DNA of 64,000 bases from Octopus vulgaris. Its lineage: Eukaryota. A model generated the notes under the pieces. The model did not search any database, was not told the DNA's origin, and saw only the letters and a list, made by a program, of their open reading frames with translations. Both the position numbers and the translations under genes were made by a program. Of this stretch, positions 27,578 through 41,091 are shown one piece after another (the stretch's first letter is position 1; each line of letters begins with the position of its first letter). The DNA lies in assembly GCA_951406725.2 (NCBI GenBank), contig OX597823.1:2046001-2110000 (forward strand), in the 5' to 3' direction.

Positions 27578-27623
27578 GACACCTGATGAAGGCTGGAGGG
27601 TATATCAGCCGAAACATTGTGTT
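27578..27623 (+). ncRNA. Minimal hammerhead motif downstream of a tRNA-like head
   Basis: gacac-CTGATGA-a-GGCTG-gagggtatat-CAGCC-GAAAC-aTT-gtgtt. Probably GAAACGTT with CpG decay. Confidence 0.68.
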
Positions 27624-27922
27624 AACAACAAACAAGATGAGGACAAATATCCATCAAATGTAAATAATGTAAATAATAAGCATTCTTTTATTTGTTTTAG
27701 TCATTTGACTGCGGCCATGCTGGAGCAACGCCTTTAGTCAAACGAATCGATCCCAGAACTTATTTTGTGTAAGCCGAGTACTTATTCTATCGTTCCTTTG
27801 TCGAACCTCTAAGTTACAGGGACATAAACACACCAGCCTCGGTTGTCAAGCGATGGCGGTGGGACAAACACAGATACACAAACATATACATACACACACA
27901 AACACACACACACACACTCACA

Positions 27923-27970
<48 letters not shown>

Positions 27971-28813
27971 GGATGGTATTCTACACGGTTTCCATCTACC
28001 AAATCCACTCCCAAGGCTTTGGTCGGCCTGAAGCTATAGCAGAAGACATTTGCTTAAGGTGCCACGCAGTGGGACTGAACCCGAAACCACGTGATTAGTA
28101 AGCAACCTTCTTACCCCACAGCCACTCCAGCTGTTTCTATTGTTTCCTATTGTTTCATGTTTCTTGGATGAAGAATAAAACACTGAATAAAGCTCCTTTC
28201 CTTTAATGTTGGGTTTTATTTTGTTCACATTTTCCTCTTTTATTTATTTATTTTACTGGAAAGGTAAGGACTCTATTAACCCCAAAAACCCCTTCACGTA
28301 TTACCGCCTTAAGAAGAACTCTTCTACTAAATAGAAACCTAGTATTGTCTTTTATAGTTCTACTCGTTCTGCCATACTCATTGACCTCCTCCTGCTCACC
28401 TTCGGTCCATTTAGATGAGGAATACACGCTTCATAGCATCGACAGTCACTTTCTCCATTCAAGAATTCCAGCTCCATACTTTAATAGCGAAACTGCCCTC
28501 AAGTTGACCGCTTCTATGATACTTTCCGCATTCAATCTGGATTTTATAAATCTCTAGAAGGTTGGAGACTTACTCATCGTTTATGGCGTTCTTTAAATTC
28601 TTTGGTCGCTCTAAGATCCCTCTGTCAATATGTTAAAGAGATGAGGATTTCATTAAAAGACCGACATTTTGATCAGAGAAATACCAGATGGCGGTACCCG
28701 TAATATTTCATCAACTTGATAAACAGCATTTACCCCGCTTTTTTCCCCCGATTTCCTTTTCTCTCCGTTTATTTCGTTCTTCTGTCTCGTTCGTCCGCCC
28801 ATCTATCTATCCT

Positions 28814-28892
<79 letters not shown>

Positions 28893-29210
28893 GGGAACGT
28901 CTCGTCCTTTATTCTTAGTGGGGGATTGGAATGCTACCTTGGACACGCATGTAGACTACGTGGGTAGAGACAGGAATAGACGGGGATGCAAATGCTTCAG
29001 AGACCTGCTCAGACACTTTCAACTGTCTGACAGGTTTCGACTAGACCACTAAATTACAGGGATTTAAACATACCAACATCGGTTGTCAAGTGATGGAGGG
29101 CGGGCTGGGGTGAGGAGGCAAATACAGATGCAAAGACAAACACGCAAACATGTACATATGTTTATATGTGTATATGTGTATATATATGTGTGTGTGTATA
29201 TATGTATATA

Positions 29211-29291
<81 letters not shown>

Positions 29292-29499
29292 GACAAGCTT
29301 CTTTCAGTTTCCGTCTACCAAATCCACTGACAAGGCTTTGTTCGGCTCGACGCTACAGTAGAAGACTCTTACCCAAGTTGCCACGCAGTGGAACTGAACT
29401 CGGATCCACATGGTTGGGAACCAAGCTTCTTACCACACAGTCACGCTTGCGCCTATATATACATATAAATTTACATGTATATATGTATATACATATGCA

Positions 29500-29539
<40 letters not shown>

Positions 29540-29541
<2 letters not shown>

Positions 29542-30996
29542 CTCCTCACCGGCACCCATCATCGACCCTATCGCATCATCAACTCCTTCACCTGCACCTC
29601 CAGCAATATCATCTATTGCATCTCCTGCTCTCTCTGCCATTCCCTGTACATCGGACAAACGGGACGCCGCTTGGCTGACCGGTTCACGGAACACCTCCGA
29701 GACATCTGCCTCGGCAATGACACTCCAGTCTCACGCCATTTCCGCTCCACCGGTCACTCCTTGCAACACCTGTCTGTGTTCGGATTGTCCTTGCACAGAG
29801 GTCATCCGGACTCCCGCTTGCGCCGTGAACAGGGATTAATCTTCTCTCTTCGCTGTTTTATGCCATTTGGGCTCAACTCTCCACCCCTTTTCATCTAACC
29901 TATCTCCCCCCCTTTTTTTCATCTAACCCCCTTTTCATCTAACCTCCCCCCTTTTTCATCTAACCTCCTCCCCGACTCCTACTTCACGCCTACATCTTTT
30001 CACCCCTACTCTCTTTCCCTCTTCTTCCCTCTTTTCCCTTCTCTCTTTCTCTCTGCTCCCTCACTCTCCCCTTCCCCTCCCCTCCCCTCCCCTCCCCTCC
30101 CCTCTCCTTTCCTCCTCCTCCCCCTCTCTTCTCTCCTCCTCTCTCTCCTCTTCTCCCCTTCTCTCCTATCTCGCCTCACATACCCACCTTCCCCTCTCCC
30201 CATAAACCCACCCACCCACCTCTACTCCACCTTCCATACCCTTCCCATTTCCCCCCATATACCTCACCCCTATCCCTTACCTCTACCCCACATACTTCAC
30301 CCCTATGCCACACCCTTCCCCCCACATACCTCACCTCTAACTCCACCATCTAATTACCCACAACCCCTACTCTACCCCAACCCCTAGCCGAACCCACACC
30401 CCACCTGTGCTTTCCCTACGCTCGCCTCCCCCACCTGTGCTTTCCCCACTGTCGCCTCCTCCACCTCCCCACAACATCACACCACACTACACTACACCAT
30501 ACAACGTTACACATCACATCACAACACACCACCCACACACCCACAACACACCATCCACACAACCATCCCCACATCTTTACACCTACACATACATACACAT
30601 ATCACATCACAACACACCACCCACATACCCACCCCCACACACCCACACGTCCACACCACCAGCCCTCTTTCACACGCACATACATACTCTCTTATATACA
30701 CACACGCACCTTTGTGTTGGGGGCACCTTCGTATTGGAAGTCACTTGACCCTGTTATCTCCCCTACTGTCCCTCTCGCATCTGACCATTCTGTCCGAAGT
30801 CAGACGCCATGATAGATCGTTAGCTACTACACGCATTTTTTTCTCTCCTTGTTTCTCTCCTTGTTTTTTCCTGAGTATCTTTCTGTGGAAGAGCGTAGGC
30901 TCGAAACGTAAAAGACTTTTTCTATTCCTGAGCGTTATACTAATACATTTGTTTGTTTGTACACCACATGCCTTCGTCTTTTGTCGTAAACTTTAC

Positions 30997-30998
<2 letters not shown>
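29540..30998 (+). mobile_element. Penelope-like element 3' part: GIY-YIG endonuclease, C-rich spacer, terminal repeat with hammerhead motif
   Basis: FTCTSSNIIYCISCSLCHSLYIGQTGRRLADRFTEHLRDI...PVSRHF...RREQGLIFSL..PFGLN (to 29898). Both ends lie in (TA)n; hammerhead at 30878-30915. Confidence 0.9.
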
Positions 30999-31027
<29 letters not shown>

Positions 31028-33544
31028 GATAGATAGATAGATAGATAGATATAGATATAGATATATATCTAGATATGGCTATATATCCATATATACGCAT
31101 AAGCCTATGAGTGTATGTATTTTTCTTTCTCGCACACACGCACTCACACGTCATGAACATCATCGTCCTATCTGCTCTCACACACACACTCCCTCTCTTT
31201 CTCACTCCTTCTCACTCTCACTCTCTCTCTCTCTTTCTCTCTCGCTCTCTCTCACTCTTATTCTCGTTATCCTTTCTTAATTAAATCTTCAATTTGCCTA
31301 GAAAATAGATCTTTACGTTTTATGAACAGTCTAAACAAACAGAAACCTCGCGAAACCCCCGGTATGCGGATTAATTAGGGGGCGAGGAGTGCGGGTAATC
31401 TTTTTTCACTATACTTGAGCCATCTGGCGGCAGAGAAGAAAGATCAAAGAGATTTATTTTATTTATTTCTACTATTTAATGAATTACATTCGAAATTAAA
31501 ACTGTTTGGTCTCATATTAGTTGAGGGGTGCTGGAAGGGAGTGGGTGAGGCGATGTTGGTTGGTTTGGGATTTGTGTGAACCAGAAGGATTCTTTGAAAC
31601 AGGTGTTTCGTGGGTGACCAGATTTTTTTAATTCTAAGCACCCCCACCACCACATTCTCTAATTTCTCATACGCACACACTCTTGCCTGTGTATATAAAC
31701 ATACATGCATACATATGTATATATAATGCGCGTGTGTGTGTTTGTGTGCGTTTGTTTGTGTGTGCGCGCGTGCAGATGTATATGTATGTATGTATGTATG
31801 CCACTTCTATATTTAATCATTTAAAATTCTTCCTCTGAGTAAGGAGCTGGCTTCTAACAAAGGCACAAAGTTCCATCATTGGAAGGTAGATAATGAAAAC
31901 GTCACATTTTAAACTTGAGAAAAGTCTTGCAGAGTTTTTACTGTTCCGCTGGCAGATTGTATTTGCAATGTGCTAGTTAATTGGTTGATTTATTTTTCTG
32001 AAAATCCAAGCGCTCCAATTATTGTTGGTACAAATGTAAATTTGTAATCCGGGTAGAGAAGCTGGAGGTTTCGAAGCAGTTCTCCATAATTATCGTCTTT
32101 CTCTTTCAAAGAGATATTCACATCAGCAGGACAGCTGACCTCTATGACTTATTCTTGTCTGTCCCAAGCAACAATATCCGGCCTGTCATGTTTACACTTG
32201 ATAGATGTTTTAATGGGAATGTTCCACCAATATTCCTTGTGCTGTTATTCGTGTATGTATTCAATAACAGGGAGATTCTTTATATTTATTCCAGGGCAAT
32301 CTTTTTTCTGAATGGCATTGCATATTGTTTCTGCGACGACATGGCGGCGTATGGGGAGGCAGATGACATCTCCAAAATGCCTTCAATTTTCAACTGATTC
32401 TTTTCCTCTTATCCCTCAATGCCAAACGACTGAGAAGGCGGATCGTTAGCAATATCGACGTTGTTCATTTGTTTAATTGAACCAATCAACATCAGTTTTC
32501 TGATTTTGGAAATGTGGCGTTGACATTTCTTGAAATCTCTAAATTTTTGCATCTCTTGTTTTTTTTTTTTTAGTTATTAGATCGCGGCCAGGCTAGGGCA
32601 TCGCCTTGAACAATTTTTAGTCAAATGAATCAACCCTAGTGGATGTTTATTTTTTTTTTATTCTTGGTAATTATTTTCTCGGTCTCAAAGTTACGGGTAC
32701 GTAAACACACCAACACCGGTTTTCAAGCGGTGGTGGGGACAGAGATACAAATACATAAACAACACACACATACATACAAATATGAGTGTGTGCGGCGTGT
32801 GTGTGTATATATATATGACGGGCTTCTATCAGTTTTCATCAACGAAATCCACTCACAAGGTTTTGATCAGCCAGAAGTGATAGTTGAAGACACTCACCCA
32901 AGGTACCATTCAGTGGGATTGAACCTAGAACAGTGTGACTGGGAAGCAAACTTCTCGCCACACAACCACGATTTGTCAATGAAGAGATTTTCTCTCAAGC
33001 AAAAATCAGAACGTCATACCTTTCTACGGCGTTAAGACGAACTTGTGGGATTTTCTACAGCATGTCCCCAACCCGTCCACCCCTCATTGCCTTCACAATA
33101 ATCTCCACCGTCCGCTATAACTGTAGTCTACCACCACCAACACCCAACACCCCCAATACCCACAACAATCACTCCCACCAACCCTCTACTTCCGCCACCA
33201 TCCCCTCCAGTTGACATACACAACCGCAGTTTGTTTTATATCTACTTTGTTGTCATTGTATAATAACTGAAGGGGCAACGGATAAATCTTGAGGAATATT
33301 ATTACACTGGTCAACAAAATCTATTATTCTCATTATGGAAGCAAACCAACTTTCAAAGACTAATTCTCCACGCTGGTTTCCAATTTTCACTCCATTTGTA
33401 TGCAACATGTATCAGTTTTCTATTGGATGCATGCAAATATTTACGCAATTGTATTTATATGAAATCATTAACGTAATAAATAAGGATGTATTATTTTTAG
33501 AATGTAAATGAGTTTATTGAGTTAAAACTCATCATTATCATTCT

Positions 33545-33835
33545 ATAAAGAGTGAATACACAAAAAATGGGTCAGACAAAACAGACACAGAACAACAGAG
33601 TTAGAAATATTGTGATCTGGATTTCCTGCGGTGTTCCCGATCTGGTTGGTCCAGGTAAAGTGTCCAGCAGCACTCAACCGGCATACTGTCATTCCAGAAG
33701 CCTTGGTATCGTTTCTCCAAAGCACTAATGTCCCGGTGAGATCTTTCACCGCTCTCCCCACACATTCTGCATTTATCGCTGTCGGTAGTGTTGTCAATTC
33801 TGCACTTCATATAATTGGTCCTTAACGCTTGTTCT
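33545..33835 (-). mobile_element. RLE-clade LINE fragment
   Basis: IDNTTDSDKCRMCGESGE zinc-knuckle remnant. Confidence 0.55.
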
Positions 33836-34249
33836 TCATTTTATTATTATAATTTATCATTATCTTAAGGCGGCGGCCTGGCAGAATCGTTTGCACGCCG
33901 CGCAAAATGCTTAGCGATATTTCTTCTGTCACCACGTTCTAAGTTCAAATTGTGCCGAGCTCGACTTTGCCTTTCGGGTCGATAAATTATGTACCAGTGA
34001 AAGATGTAATCGACTCGTCCCCTTCCCACAAATTTGCGGCCTTCTGCCTCCAGTAGAAAGGCTTCTTATTATTATTGTTGTTGTTGTTGTTATTATTATT
34101 ATTATTATTATTATTTTTATTGTTATTATTATTTTTTATTGTTATTATTATTATTATTATTGTTGTTGTTGTTGTTGTTGTTGTAGTTGTTGTTATTATT
34201 GTTGTTGTTGTTATTGTTATTGTTGTTGTTATTATTATTATCAATATCG

Positions 34250-35100
34250 TTGAAGGTTTTTGGCCAAGGTGTTAGCTAAAATTTAAACGCTTTTTGCCGA
34301 TATTCTAGTGGCTGAAGCACAGGCATGCTTCGTACCAGTCAGATCCACCCACAACAACCTCCATATCACGCCATACATCATAGAAAGGGCGGGCAAAGAA
34401 CCTGACATGGTTGGGGCATTGATCAGCTTAGCTCAATCGAAAGCGTTCGACAGGATCGACCTGCAATATTTGGCGGCTTTCCTAAAAGAACGGTGACATT
34501 TGCTTTGTGGTCACAATAAATGGCCACCAGTTGGAATCGTTCAGTATCTGCGCGATCCGTGCGTCATGGGTTCCCCTCTCTCCACTTCTGAACGAACTGA
34601 TTCTAGAACTACAGCTTCAGAAGTTGGAGGCTTCGAGGAGCATCCTGCGAGATCTATGTTTACAGATGCAGACGACGTCACCGTAATAATGTCAGACACG
34701 AGACACAGTGAAGATGATCGGCGTAAGGGGATACGGGGTGGTGACAGATGCAAACATTAACCAGAAGTCGGTGAGCTTAGCACCTGGAGAGGCAGGTCTA
34801 TGCTCTCCAACGACGTCGTTAAATTGCTCGAGTTTGGGTTTAGTCCAGACCTCTTGGTGGACAGAACTGGGAAGAGGTGACGAACAGGGTGGCTAGTGTT
34901 ACCCGGAATTGGGCTGAGAGGAAATTATGCCTGAAGGGTTAGGCGGAAGTTGTGAATGCCTGCATCGCATCCAGTATCACCTTGTCCCGCTTCATGTGCT
35001 TACTCTTCCAGTTTTGGTGTAAAAGACGCATTCTGCTGGTCAGACTCTCCATTTGCTGTCTGCATCCGCGCTATGGAGACTGGGCATGTCGCGACTGATA
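34250..35100 (+). mobile_element. Decayed L1/Tx1-like RT fragment
   Basis: QACFVPVRSTHNNLH...GALISLAQSKAFDRID and FTDADDVTV motifs. Confidence 0.6.
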
Positions 35101-35384
35101 TGGTTGCCGTTTGTTAGACGCGCTTCATCACACAAATCATCTGTGTAGGTTGCTTAATAACAAATCACAGAATCCGCATCACTCACTTGAACCAGGGAAG
35201 TCCCTGTCGTCCGCTAATGAAACCCGTTCGCGCCTCCTACACACTCATCACGTCAAAAGGGCTTTTTCGTTGTTGCTAATTAAGCTAACAACAATTCTCC
35301 CTCTTTTAGCTACCCGACTCCTTATTATGTCTGAGCAATTCTTTGACAATTAAGGAAAAAATTATTTTATTTTTGGTGCAACTG

Positions 35385-35421
<37 letters not shown>

Positions 35422-35831
35422 TCATCATCATCATCATCATCATCGTCGTCATCAACATCATCATCATCATCATCGTCATCATCATCATCATCATCCGACT
35501 GAGAGGCAAGTCTTCACTTGACCGCATGCAACTCGTGCCTCTCTTTTACTCTATAACAGCAACCTCTATCTTTCTGAGATAACAGACACAACGCTCCGTA
35601 CCCACTCCCATTCCAAACCTCTCACCCACACCATATATATACACACATACATACATACATACATACATACCTACATACATACATACATACACACATACAT
35701 ACATACATACATACACACATACATACATACATACATACATACATACCTACATACATACATACATACACACATACATACCTACATACATATATACATACAT
35801 ACACACACACATACATACATACATACATACA

Positions 35832-35862
<31 letters not shown>

Positions 35863-35879
35863 TGCATGCATACCCAAAA

Positions 35880-36900
35880 CCTGTGCATCAACGGTCTCTC
35901 TATCTCCGCTATTCCACGCAAAGAATGTTACAAGAACTTAGGCAGAGACGAGAATGTATCATATGAAGGTATTGTGAATAAAGATAGAGTGACCCGAGAA
36001 TATTACACCAGACTTAGGAAATTATGGCAAGAATTCACAAAAAAAAAAAGCAAACAATAAAAGACGAAGACAGGTGGTGTAGACAACAAATATATGTATT
36101 AGTATAACGCCCGGGAAATTTTTAAAAAGTCTTTAACGTTTCGAGCCTACGCTCTTCCTCAGAAAGGAACTCAGAAAGAAACAAGGAGAGAAAATAATGT
36201 GAAGTGGCTAGCGATCTATCTCTCTTCTTACAACAAGCCAAAATCCCACAATGCATTTGCAGTGCCCGTGCTGATCCCAACATTTGGGATACTTGATTAG
36301 TCTGTAGAGAAAATCCACTCCAAAGGTACCAAAACCTGCAAAATCCTGACAACAACTGGAAATTTCCACAGAAACAGTGATGTTGACAGGCTCTAGCTAA
36401 GAAGAAATGAAGGTGGTAGCAGCCTGGGATCAGTGCCTTCGGGTGCCGTATGGTATCACTCAGGCAGCACCCGATAAACAACAGCAGCAAAAATAAATAT
36501 ATAAATGAAGTCCTGAAAAGTGAAGTGAGCAACATTGTACGAGTTGGCAGTGAACTCCACAAGAAGCGCTCTCTTCTTAATGTTCTATACAGCCCCAAAA
36601 CAGCTGGGTCCTCTTGCATCTGGGAAGACCTGGATGGAAAGTACTCAGCATACAAAAAAAAAAAAGACTATGCATGGGTATGTTACCCGAATATTGTTGT
36701 TTGGGACAGAGGGACAAATGTATGTACCATCATAGAGGTTAGCTGCCCTGCAGATATAAATAACTCTTTGAAAATCAAAGAAAAAGAGGATATCTATGGA
36801 CAACTGCTTTGAAACCTCCAGCTTCTCTATCTAGAATATGAATTCATATTAATACCAGTAATAATTGGGGCACTAGGTTTTGTTAATAAATGCTTAAAGG
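35880..36900 (+). mobile_element. Internally deleted RLE-clade LINE fragments, interrupted by a Penelope-type terminal repeat (about 36030-36225)
   Basis: CYKNLGRDENVSYEG..VTREYYTRLRK and PNIVVWDR..CTIIEVSCPAD..KEKEDIYGQLL, homologous to the 24-26 kb element. Confidence 0.75.
36131..36166 (-). ncRNA. Minimal type I hammerhead motif (Penelope terminal-repeat type)
   Basis: cttt-CTGAGGA-a-GAGC-gtag-GCTC-GAAAC-GTT-aaag. Sister copies at 22846-22881 (+) and 30878-30915 (+) carry CTGTGGA. Confidence 0.72.
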
Positions 36901-37220
36901 AGAAGACACTTGCTCAAGGTGCCATGCGGTGGGATCGAACCCGGAATTATGTGCTATGCAAAATATGTAAACACACTCCTGTAGACTTGTAGAAACATTT
37001 CGAGAATTTTATGTCTCTTCAGAACCAGATACTACGTGGGGCAACTCTAAACTGAATGGAAGACTGACTTTCCATACAAGAACAAAATATATGGAACAAG
37101 TGGCGTAAATTGCTTAGTTTGAAAAAAAAAAACAATGATGAAATGAAGACTAATCATCAAAACGAGGATACTTATTACTTTAAAATTAAATTAAACGAAT
37201 TTCTCATTTGTATATTTGCA

Positions 37221-37292
<72 letters not shown>

Positions 37293-37996
37293 ATGTGTGT
37301 GTGCGTGTGTGTGTGAGAGATTTTCAAATTCAATCAACACATTCGCAATCTCTTCAAACGAAAACCCGTTTCTGTAAAATTTCATTAAAAAGAAAGTAAT
37401 CATTGCCTTCTACCAAGCCTCGTATGTGCAATCATCCTGCATCTTTGCTGTTAACTACTTTCCCTCTCTCCTTCTCTCACAATCCAAGACAAGAGAAACC
37501 AAGCAACCAGCCAACATTTATAAAGAAATTAAGATCAAAACTTAATCGAAAATTTTTCCTTGAATATTATATTTTCATTTATCCTGGAACAAAATTTTTC
37601 AAAAATATTTTTTATTGATAATAAATACAATAATAAATACAATTCGTCTACTTGTACTAAAAGAATCACAGAAAATAAGACTGGAATTTCGTTTCAACGC
37701 TTTTGTTTACCATAATTCTCTTGCAATTTTGAAAATCATGAAGAATTTTCTAAAATAATTTGGTCTTTATTAATCTTAAGCTTAAAACATAAATGAAAAT
37801 GAAATTTTGATGGAAGATTTAAATTTGGATCCTTTTAAAACTGGAAGTATTTGTATCGTAAGATCCAGAGATTCAGTCTCAGGTAGGTTAGAATAAAAAG
37901 GATTGAACGAAAAATTTCTTGACTTAAAAATGAAGAAAATCATGCAAAAAAACCCCAAAAAAACCCGAAAATTATCATAAGAAATCCTTCACTTAC

Positions 37997-38137
37997 TTCT
38001 TCATTTTGGTAAGCAGTGACAGCAATAAACTGGGTCTCAACGAAACTGTAAGTCATCACGCTCTTTCGATCCGAACGGCAACTGACTTTGACAATGTGTA
38101 ATCTGGGTTCGTACTTGTGAAGGGAATTTAACATGAT
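37997..38137 (-). CDS. Bra: Brachyury coding exon 3
   Basis: [47 protein letters not shown]. Acceptor cttaccag|ATC and donor GAA|gtaagt; 141 nt, phase 0-0. Confidence 0.97.
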
Positions 38138-38354
38138 CTGGTAAGAAGAGAGGAGAATGAACTCAGCAATCAGAGCAAAATTTCAGTCCCTCAGACTCCG
38201 GGATTCAAATTATTTGAACCAACCGAAGTTTGAAGTCTGTTAATAATGTTTATGTTATTTTAATAATATGTTAATTATCATATTGTATATGGCATAATTC
38301 GAAATTTAAAGTGTATATAATATGTGTGGGTATGTGTGCGTATATACGTTTGTA

Positions 38355-38453
<99 letters not shown>

Positions 38454-38499
38454 TTATTCACTTATGTGCGCTGACTCGCGTGCGCACGAGAGTCAACGA

Positions 38500-38690
38500 C
38501 ATTATAAGAACCGGGAACAACCATAAATGGATTAGCCAGATCGCGTGACTGAAGGACAACAGATGGACAACCAGGGCGATGGAATGGACACCAAAACAAT
38601 GGACAAGGTCAAGAGGCCGACCAAAGACAAGATGGCGAGATGATCTCACCCGCAATCTGGGACCTCTAGGTAGGGGTTCCACACCTCAGG
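38500..38690 (+). mobile_element. RTE-clade 3' fragment (inverted partial copy at about 39220-39310)
   Basis: KDNRWTTRAMEWTPKQWTRSRGRPKTRWRDDL. Confidence 0.7.
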
Positions 38691-38982
38691 AGCAATGAAG
38701 CCCGGGATATTATTATACTGAATTATATATCGTTGTTATTATGCAAAAGTGTCGTATGTCCAAAGCGTTGCTTTGTCAGAAAACGAAACAATAGTTTCAC
38801 CATTCCATAGCAAAAACGTTGTACTTCACTTTTTGATATCTTGGCATCTGAAGTAGCTGGAGATACGATAGTTTGACCAAAAGAACCGGCTATTGGAAGC
38901 GAAAATATATATTGAAAAAAAAAAAAAAAGAAAACGCATTTGGCCAAATTTGGACAGACGACAGCTTAATATAATATAAACA

Positions 38983-39049
<67 letters not shown>

Positions 39050-39052
<3 letters not shown>

Positions 39053-39385
39053 TTCACATTTTTGGTTTAGGTTTGCAAGATTCTTTATGTGAGTTCGTGT
39101 GTTAAAGCATATTTTGTTGTGTCTGGGGAGAGTCATTCTCTTTTAGTGTCTTATTATTTAACACATTCACCGGTTAAGTTTCCACTCATTTACTTAATTA
39201 TTTTCCTAAAGTTTTCGTTGGTCGGCCTCTTGACCTTGTCCATTGTTTTGCTGTCCATTCCAACACCCTGATTGTCCAGCTGTTGTCCTTCAGTCACGCG
39301 ATCTGGCTCTGTTCGTTATCTGAGCTGCGTTCTTCTTGTTTGTTTGTGCGCATGTGTGTGGGTACGCATGCACATATGTATGCAC

Positions 39386-39416
<31 letters not shown>

Positions 39417-40440
39417 TGTATGTATGTATGTATGTATGTATGTATGTTTGTATGTGTGTGTATGCATGTATGTGTGTGTATGCATATATGCATGTATGTG
39501 TGTTTGCATGTGTGTGTACCTCTGTCTCCTTGTGTGCGCATGTCTGAGTGTGTCTGTGTATGTCTGAGTGTAACTGTGTACCGCGTCTGTTATGTATGGA
39601 TGTGTATCTCCATGTGTGTCTTTGTGTGAAGTGAAGTGTGTGTGTGTGTGTGTATGTCACATGTTTCAGTCTTCATTTGCGTATGTATATGTGTGTGTGT
39701 GTACTCGTCTGTTCATATTATTTATGTATCTATCTATCTGTATGTCTATCTGTTTATATTCATATCCATTTACCTACATACATACACACATATACACATC
39801 TACACACACATAAATAACAGCCCACCAACTATTCTACCCGTATATATGTATAAACTGCGGGTATAGGGGTATGACTACCTACTACTTAAATTTGCCTATT
39901 TAGTACTGGGGATGTTTTATTTATGAGAATGTACCCCTGTATTTGTCTGAGTGTTGGGTCCTTCGGGTGCTTGGATAAAATGCGGATGTCAAGTTGACCC
40001 ATGTTGCCTCCATGTTGGTCCTTGGCGTGCTGGTAGAGAATGGAGGACTGTTTTTCATCGTCATATTGTCTCAGATGTCCATTTAGTCTTTCCGCAATGT
40101 TCCTAGATGTCTCACCAATGTATATCATGTTTTTGTCTTTGCCAGCGCCCTCTATGCACCTTATGCTGTAGACTACATTTCTAGTTCTACAGTTAATGCC
40201 AGGGCCAATCCTACATACTATGAAGTCATCATTGGTGCATGTGGCATTCTCAAAGCTGTGATCCGATAGAGCTCCCTGGCTTTTCAACAATCTTACTGTT
40301 GAGTTTGGCCCCCTTCAGAGCTTTCCTAAATCTACGGGCTGGTTCTCTATGGGCTGTGGCCTCTCCAAACACCACTCCTTGATATTTATCGGTTTTGTAT
40401 CACGTGTTCGCCCTGTTTGCTTTGTCACAAGTTCTTTGTA
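39050..40440 (-). mobile_element. Penelope-like element 3' part (second family), GIY-YIG ORF 39886-40290
   Basis: NCRTRNVVYSIRC...MIYIGETSRNIAERLNGH...ILYQHAKDQH...LRQIQ..LN. Microsatellite-rich 3' region; terminal repeat interrupted by an RTE fragment. Confidence 0.85.
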
Positions 40441-40542
40441 ACCTATTCCAGTCTTTGCATTCTATATCTAGGACAGGTACCACTGGTTTCATTACGTATA
40501 ATGTTATCTAACTTCTTTCTAGCACCCCCCTGTATACCCAAA

Positions 40543-40620
40543 TATGTATGTATGTATGTATGTATGTAAGTATGTATGTATGTATGTATGTATGTAGGTG
40601 TGTGTGTATGTATGTATGTA

Positions 40621-40655
<35 letters not shown>

Positions 40656-40703
40656 GTGTGTATGTATGTATGTATGTATGTATGTATGTGTGTGTATGTA
40701 TGT

Positions 40704-40739
<36 letters not shown>

Positions 40740-41060
40740 GTGTGTATGTATGTATGTATGTATGTATGTATGTATGTGTGTGTGTATGTATGTATGTATG
40801 TATGTATGTGTGTATGTATGTGTGTATGTGTGTGTGTATGTATGTATGTATGTATGTATGTGTGTATGTATGTGTGTATGTGTGTGTGTATGTATGTATG
40901 TATGTATGTATGTGTGTGTATGTATGTATGTGTGTGTATGTATGTATGTGTGTGTATGTATGTATGTATGTGTGTGTATGTATGTTTGTATGTATGTGTG
41001 CATATGTATGTATGTATGTGTGTGTATGTATGTATGTGTGTGTATGTATGTATGTATGTA

Positions 41061-41091
<31 letters not shown>

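Noticed and set aside
36990-37026. CTGAAGA...GAAATGTT on the minus strand
   Set aside because: No stem I pairing and a weak stem II. CTGATGA hits at 1686, 25021, 25140 and 59467 lie inside transposon coding remnants without stems.
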